Source: the human T2T-CHM13v2.0 reference genome, Homo sapiens. Taken from it: a DNA stretch of 64,000 nucleotides. The DNA lies in the NCBI RefSeq assembly GCF_009914755.1, contig NC_060937.1; one strand, written 5' to 3'. Position numbers and translations under genes: made by a program. Below the pieces are notes generated by a model. That model saw only the letters and a program-made list of their open reading frames with translations, did not search any database and was not told where the DNA came from. Positions 56,585 through 64,000 of the stretch are shown here, piece by piece (position 1 is the stretch's first letter; the number at the start of each line of letters is the position of its first letter).

Positions 56585-57844
56585 CTAGCTGGTGCCAGTC
56601 TTCAAGATGGTAACATCCTGCTACAGTTGAGAAAGAAGTACAATTTTTGCACTGCCACTGCTTGACTTTACCTTACAAAACAAATCTAACTTACATTGTT
56701 GTTGCCTAGATACAAATATTTGTTTCCTGCCTATAATACAAACAAAAAATTAATTTTAACTTTATTTACCAATGTGTCAAAGGACTTGATTAGATTAAAA
56801 AGATACCCAAGAACTGATTTATAGCAACTTGTCAGCACATAATTATTTTAAAAGGGTAACTATGTAGTGGAGGGTGGGTATTTGGTATTTTTTGGAAATA
56901 TTTATCATTGTTTCCTTATCAAAGTCATTGAATGACATGAAAAAGGACTTCCACAAGTTTTCCTGGATATACAACTTACGCAACTAATTAAAGATCTAAA
57001 AATTTAACTATTTTTGGAATTGAATTAGACGATTTCATTTGGTAAATGGGTTTTAGAAAAGATAGAAAAAACAAGGATGGCATTTATTTATTATTCCTGC
57101 TGTCTGTAATTTTCAGGAATATAAAGGGCACATACATTTACAGAGTATAAAATGGATGACTTTTATGTTCTGAAAGACAGATAGAGGCATGAAAACACCA
57201 ATAAGAATGTAATGGGATTCATTTGACTTTCATTTTGCATGGCTGCACATGTCTAGAATTCAGTGTGGTATCTTTAAAATAGTAAGAACTCCCTTCTCTA
57301 TGAAAGTATAAATAAATACACACATATTAACCAAAAAATATTTGAATGTATATTTTAATTATATAAAAATATTTGTTGATGTGTTTTTTGATTGTTAATG
57401 AGAAATAATTCAGAAGAATTGAGAAAATAGATGGACTTACTGTTAAGTAAATCAATAGAATTGCTAAAAAGTTTCGAATTTTATATTTCAAAATGTGCAA
57501 ATAACCATAAAAATTAAAAATAGAGTTGCTTTTTTTGAAATTTACTTTTTATTATTGCCTATCACAAGTATCTATCCCACACATTCATTTGAAATAAAGT
57601 TAAATTCGTTAATGTCATAGAGGCTAGCAGGACTGGATTAATGAAATGTTTGCTTATCTTAGATAATATTTAGGTTGTTTATGAATAGAAGTATTAGAGA
57701 AGTAATTTTTTTTTCAAATCTGGTTTTCATTCTTTACCAATTTTTATCTCTTTGAAATTGAAGATAAAAATATCATAGCACAGAATATTTTTGATGATTA
57801 AATAAAAACTGAGGGATATATAATTGTAAATGGAGTTACATTAA

Positions 57845-58170
57845 TTAATTCAACAAACATTCATTGAGTCACTTACTTTGTGTTGGGGATACTGCAGAGA
57901 AAAAGATGATAAGGTTTGTGATCTTATGGAGTTTGTACTATCCCAGCGCAACCCAGACAATGAAATGTAAACAATACAGTTCATTTGAAATTGTACTGAT
58001 TGCTGTAAAGAATTATCTGTAACTGGATGATAATAGAGAGGGTGCTGTTTTGGTAGTATGGTGGAGGAGGGCCTTTCTCCATTATATTTGAGCTGAGAAT
58101 TAATGACAACAGTCAGTCCTACTATGATTTGGGGTCTGTGCTTCATAAGTGTAAAGGTCCTACCTGGTAG
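57845..58170 (-). mobile_element. L2 3' end
   Basis: ATTCAACAAACATTCATTGAGTCACTTACTTTGTG...TTTGAGCTGAGA. Confidence 0.7.
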
Positions 58171-58425
58171 TTTAGTGATAAAAAGAGACGTTAGAACCCA
58201 ATAAATAGTAGAGAAGAAAGATTATGATTATTTATACCTCTGATTAGGTATAAGTAAGACATCATAAGCTGATTTTAGGGTGTAGTAAGTACCGGAACAC
58301 AGGTGAAATACAGGGTGTAGTAAGTTCCTGAACAAAAGTATCCAGTAACTTACTTCATTTACATGACATTTAAAATGGTAACAACCTATTTCCCTTTTCA
58401 GATGTGTTACCTGGACTTTAATGGT

Positions 58426-58768
58426 TGCAATGGACTGAATGTTTGTCTCCTTTCAAAATTCATATGTTGAAATCCAATCCCCAATGTGATGGTGTTTGGC
58501 GGTGGGCATTTTGGAGTTAATTAAGTCATGGGGTGGAACCCTCATGAATAGGATGAGTGCCCTTATGAGAAGAGGCCAGAGAGTTAGTTCACATGGGAAC
58601 ACAGTTAGAAGTTGGCCCATCTGCAACCCAGTCAAGAGTCCTTAGTAGAACCTGATCATGCTGGTCCTCTGCTCTTGAGCTTTCAGCCTCCAGAACTGTG
58701 AGGACATTTCTGTGGTTTGTAAGTCACCCAGTTTATGGTACTTTGCTCTAGCAGCCCAAACTAAGACA
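58426..58768 (+). mobile_element. MLT1A-like MaLR solo LTR
   Basis: TGCAATGGACTGAATGTTTGTCTCC...CAGCCTCCAGAACTGTGAG...GCAGCCCAAACTAAGACA. Confidence 0.9.
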
Positions 58769-58919
58769 ACTGAACTTTATTAACTCATCCATATATTAAT
58801 TTTCAAATGGTGTATTTTAAAATTTCCAATTTATTAGTCTTGGAAGACATAGCCATAATAAACATGAGAGGTAAGTACATTAGTTTTGGAAGGAGGTGGG
58901 CTTAGAGAACCATGATTTA

Positions 58920-59440
58920 GTAAGCATATTTAAAAAATGTAAATTTGATAATGTCATCTCTGTGCTAAAACTTTCCAGCAGTTGCCATTACTTTAGGATA
59001 ATGTCCCCCATTTTTAACATGGCTTCTAAGTCACTGCATGATCTGGCCCTTGCTCATGTTTCCCCAACCCCTGCAACCCCACACTGAAGTGCACTCTCAC
59101 TTCCTTGCTATGCTTCTGATTCAGGACTTAGCACACATGCTGGTCCACCTGCCTGCAGCACTTTCTCTGGCTGCCCTTGGGAGTCTGTCGCCTCAATAAG
59201 CCCTTCTAACTCTAGCTTATCCTTTAAAGTTCCAGGTTATGTCACTTTCTCAGGAAGTTCCTCCTTGATCCCCTGACCTAGCTTTAGTTTCTCTGTGAAA
59301 TGCTCTTATGGCAGTCTTTCTTTACCTTTTCTGTATCATTTTTATTGTTTATTTTTCTTGCTATGTTATAACACAAAATGGGCCAGGCCTGGGTCTGCCC
59401 TGTTCTCTGTGATTTTCCAAGAGATTCAACAGTAGGGACT
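58920..59440 (+). mobile_element. L2 fragment
   Basis: AAAATGTAAATTTGATAATGTCA...CTGCATGATCTGGCCCTTGC...TGTCACTTTCTCAGGAAG. Confidence 0.7.
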
Positions 59441-60448
59441 ATGCTAGCAATTTGTACATATTTTATTTAATCTTTATTTCAATGGCATTAGCTAATTAAT
59501 ATTTCCATTTTATAAACGAAGAAACTGAGAGTCTGAAAGCCAGGAATTCGGAGCTATGAATAAAAAGTCCAGGTTGGTTTGGATACATGCTTGTCACTGC
59601 TTACTAATAGGTTAAAATAGAAGGGTAGGATATAAAGATAAATAGAGATTAAATAAATTTGCAGAGAAGTTAAAAGTGATTTCAAAAGAGCCTGGGGTTA
59701 AATCAGAGGCTTGAGGACAGTGGTAGAGGTTTGGGATGGCATCTAGAGGAGCAGAGAAAAGAAGCTGACAAAGAATAAATAGAATTGTCTAGCAGTTTCA
59801 AAGGCCTCATTTGTGTTAGCAACTGTAACTTTGAAATGGTACCAACCAGGACAGCTGGGTGACTTTCTCCAGGAAGGCTCGGCTGTGTATGGGCAAGGGC
59901 AGCCAGAGCTTGATGCTGGTAAGACCCAGAGCTGGAAACAGGTGAGTCAGCTCAGTGAGAGTGAGCTGTTAGGGGGATTGGAGGTACTGGAGAAAATAGT
60001 TAAAAAAGAAAGCCATCAGATCCAAGTTAGATAAGGAAAGGAGTAAGAATACGGGGATGGATTGGGAAAGTGTACATCAGGTTGAAGATATACTGAACTT
60101 GAAAAATTGTTAATAGCTCCAAGCACGTCACTGCTTTTGTCAAAACACTTTAAATAGCTCCCCAAATTCAAAAGGACTATAATATCCTTATTTTCAACTT
60201 GGAAAATAGATCTACCCTACCTGTTTGGCCTCTCCTCTTCAGTCCTGTTTTTCATTATTGAGCCTGGGCTTCCCAGGTATTTTCCCACATCTGCACCTTT
60301 ATTCCTGCCAGCCTGTTCTCCAGGGTTGATTTCCACTGTCTCAGCAGCTGTTTCCTCATTGCAGTTTAACTCATGGAAACACTAGTATGGATTGGCTGAG
60401 AAGGGAGCAGTCTGACACCAACAGGGTAGGCCAGAAAGTAAAAGGTCA

Positions 60449-60813
<365 letters not shown>

Positions 60814-62749
60814 CTAAAGCTGGAGAAGATACTTAATCAGGTCCTTAAATTGCACATTGATGCGTCTTTTTGAAAGTGTTTTGGAAGGTTGAGCTTGTGT
60901 CTGGGCATCCACAATTAAACTGACCCTTCCCTAAGAGGAAAGAGGTAAGCATGACTTGATGATTTGATTGCTAATTAATCATGGAAGGCAAGTAGGTGAC
61001 AGAACAGAAGCCAAAGTGGTGCGATATCAGATTGTCTGGCTATCCAGTGGCTCTTATTGGGGGTTGGAAGTGGAAGATACTGCAGATTGACCCTCCTCTG
61101 ATGGTCATTTGCAGGAAATCTCTAGTAGTCAAGTGAGGACTTTCAGGAGAAATGGAATTTGTCTTGTTTATGTCCATGCTGCCAACACCCATGCGCATGG
61201 CTGACATATAGTGAGTAGCAAATAAATGTTTGTTAACTGAATCCATGAATATTTTGACTATTAGAAATAGACTTTCTTAGAAATAGGTTGTGAAATTGGG
61301 TTTTAATTGTGCTGTGAGTTTATTTAGAGGTACCACTGCCCCTGTTTCCTGTATATGCTACTGGATTTCTCTTCCACTATTAATCAATTGCGTTATCTTA
61401 ATGATCAGGTTAATGGAGTTTTTATGTTCTTTATTATATGAAAATAACCTACAAATTTTCATGAAAGCCTTATAGGCACAGATTTAGAATTTAGTGTGCA
61501 TTTTTAAATCATTAACTACAAACTGGAGAAACATCCCACTATGGGATTATATATTATAGTTTTGATTAACAATTCTGTTACACCCTTTTCTGCAGATAGA
61601 AATCATAGAATTTAAAAAAAGTTGTTTATTTTTTATTCTTTAGCTTTTTGTATTTTAAGAAATCATTGCTTTCATTTGAAGTTAATAAGTATTCTGGATT
61701 TTATAAATGATATAATGTTTCTAAAATGTTTCCTTAGGCTATGTAATAGCAAAACTGAGGCACTATAAGACACAAGGTAAACTAAGGACAGGGTCATGTT
61801 TATGGGAATAAAACCTTCCTGACAACGTTTACATGCTTAAATAGAAGTGAGTGGTAAAATAATAAAAAAAAAAAGAGAGAGAAAGAAAATATGCTCCAAT
61901 GTGTGCCTTAAGTTTTACCTTGTTTTCATTTTGTTCATTGTTTCCTTGTGAATTGTCTTTGCTTTTTCATTCTGTAGCCTGTTTTCAGTGAACAGATCAC
62001 ATTCCATGAGAAAGCAGAGCTGCTACAAGGGATAATTCATCCTTAAAACCTTGTTTTTTTTTTTAAGTTCTTATAAATGGAAAAATGAACTAGCATATCC
62101 TCTTCAGCTATCAGGGAAATTGCCAGAGAGGTAGATTTTAAGCATGGGAATATGTTTAAGATACTTGTTGTAAAATACACTTCCTGGTCCCTAAATTCCT
62201 AAGAATTTATCAACATGTTTCATTTCCTCTTCTTCGGAAAAAAGCTGTTTCACAACCTCTAATCTTTACTTTTATAAGGAAAACCAAAAACCAAACCCCA
62301 AAACCCTACTGCATCACTTAACCTCATTTTGGATTTTCTTGAGGTTATTCAAGGTAAAGTAAATAATAAACAATATGTAATATGTACACAAGTGTTAACT
62401 TGTTTGTTTATGTTGGGCTAATTGTGAAGGAAGAGAATCTGTCTGACTGAGGACTGGTCACTGTGATGCTTTCACTCATTCACTGATGTCCGACAAGGAG
62501 CAAGTAACTATTGATTAAATAGTTGTCAGGAATTTCTGATTTTCTGTGCTAGCATTTATTCATATTTGTGCTGTTGATTAGGGCATAAATAAGAGCTTAT
62601 TTTGATACTAAATTGTCAGAGTAATCATTAATACAAAATATTTAATAACCCATGTCTCCTCAGCTGTATGATCACTTACATATTTTCCTGAGAAAAAAAT
62701 AAGTTGTTTACTGAATGCTAGCTTTTAAGTCCTTTGAGAATTTGGAGTA

Positions 62750-63950
62750 GAGGGAAAAACAGCACAGTCAGGAGGACAAAAGAAAAAAAAGTAAAACAAA
62801 ATCATCTTCAGACAGATTTGGGAAAAGTTATCCTAGAATACTTTAAAAGCAGAAGGAAAGCATTGCAGAATAAAAGAACTCCTGGGGATGAAAAATACTA
62901 GAGCAGGAATAAAAATGTTAGTAAAGTTTGGAAGATATTAATGCAATTTCCTCATAACTAAACAAGTAAATAAAGAGATACAATATAAGCAAAAGGATAA
63001 AGGATACAAGAGGTAGACAGTCAAGCTCGAAGATCTGACATCTAGCTAATCTTAGTTTCGAAAGGATAGTGACTATGGAGAGAAGAAAAATAGCAACACA
63101 ATGCCAGAAAATGTTCTATAACTGAAGTTATCAGTTTCTAGACTGAAAGGTTTGGCCAGGTATCCAGCACATAAATGAGAAATGAGTCACGCTAAGCCTC
63201 ATCATTGCAAGAGTCCAGAATACCAAGAAGAAGACAACCCTAAAATCTTCCAAAGAGAACCAAAGCAGAGGATATACACAAAGGGACAGAGATCAGGATG
63301 ACAGATTTTTCAAGGGCAACAATACTAACTGGTGGACAAAGGAGCAAATTGACCATGGAAATTAACTTTTCAACCTAGAATTATACATCCAGCCAAATTA
63401 TACATCATACATTGCAGCTATAATAAGACAATTTGAGACATGGGAATTCTAAAAAATGTTATGTCTCTTAAAAGCACTCTTATCTCATGAAGTGAACAGT
63501 TGATCTGCTGCAACAGAAAGAGGGAGAAGCCATGAATGAGGATGACCTGGGGTCCAGAAAATAGAGTCCAGCAGGAGAGAAGAAATCTCCAGGATGTGGA
63601 TAAAGAGAAATACCATTGGCCAGCTGAGCAGCAGGTATAGCTGACAACAGGCTGGAGCAGGTTAGGGAGTGCTCCTGGAGCCATGCAGCAAAGAAAGAGA
63701 AGTTGGAACCTTTTGATTAGGATGTTTGATTGTATTAAAGGAGCTTTTTTTTTTTTTACTAGTCCTTTAAAATAACGTGGGTAAGAATTAGTGTTAGGTG
63801 TTTAGAAAACAAGAAAAATGCAAAAATTGGCAATTCTAAGAGGAACAAAATTTTAGTACATGATGTGAATCAGTTGTGGATAAGATTTAAGTCCTATTAA
63901 TGTGAGCTATGACCATTGCTTTGACATTTGTGATATTGAGAGGAGTGATA
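62750..63950 (+). mobile_element. HAL1/ancient L1 ORF1-like element
   Basis: TTTCAACCTAGAATTATACATCCAGCCAAATTA; GATCTGACATCTAGCTAAT; CTAAAATCTTCCAAAGAG. Confidence 0.7.
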
Positions 63951-64000
63951 TTGAGAGGGGGGTGGTAGAAGAGGAGTGAGAGAGCAAGTTTGTGGGAATA

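Noticed and set aside
58277-58334. Short duplication AGGGTGTAGTAAGT, and a similar 15-bp duplication near 63930
   Set aside because: Ordinary slippage-type micro-duplications with no further structure

Overview
Primate genomic DNA, most likely human or another ape (AluY, THE1 and LTR12/ERV9 elements are present). The window is AT-rich and repeat-dense and looks intergenic or deep-intronic. I found no convincing protein-coding exon, RNA gene or CpG island; the ORF track reads as repeat-derived or chance ORFs. It holds about 15 Alus plus a monomer, many old L1/HAL1/L2/MIR fragments, solo LTRs (MST, THE1, MLT1, MLT2, LTR8, LTR12, LTR33, MER52) and DNA-transposon MITEs. The stand-out structure is an old near-full-length L1PA15/16-type element (15452-22790) that has been rearranged. 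A 3.3 kb internal block is inverted, and a 744-bp ORF2 segment occurs twice as a 100%-identical inverted repeat (15837-16580 and 19134-19877) around a 2,553-bp spacer. Both junctions carry microhomology or templated-insertion scars. Subfamily names come from recalled consensus sequences and need RepeatMasker/Dfam confirmation; boundaries of old repeats are approximate.
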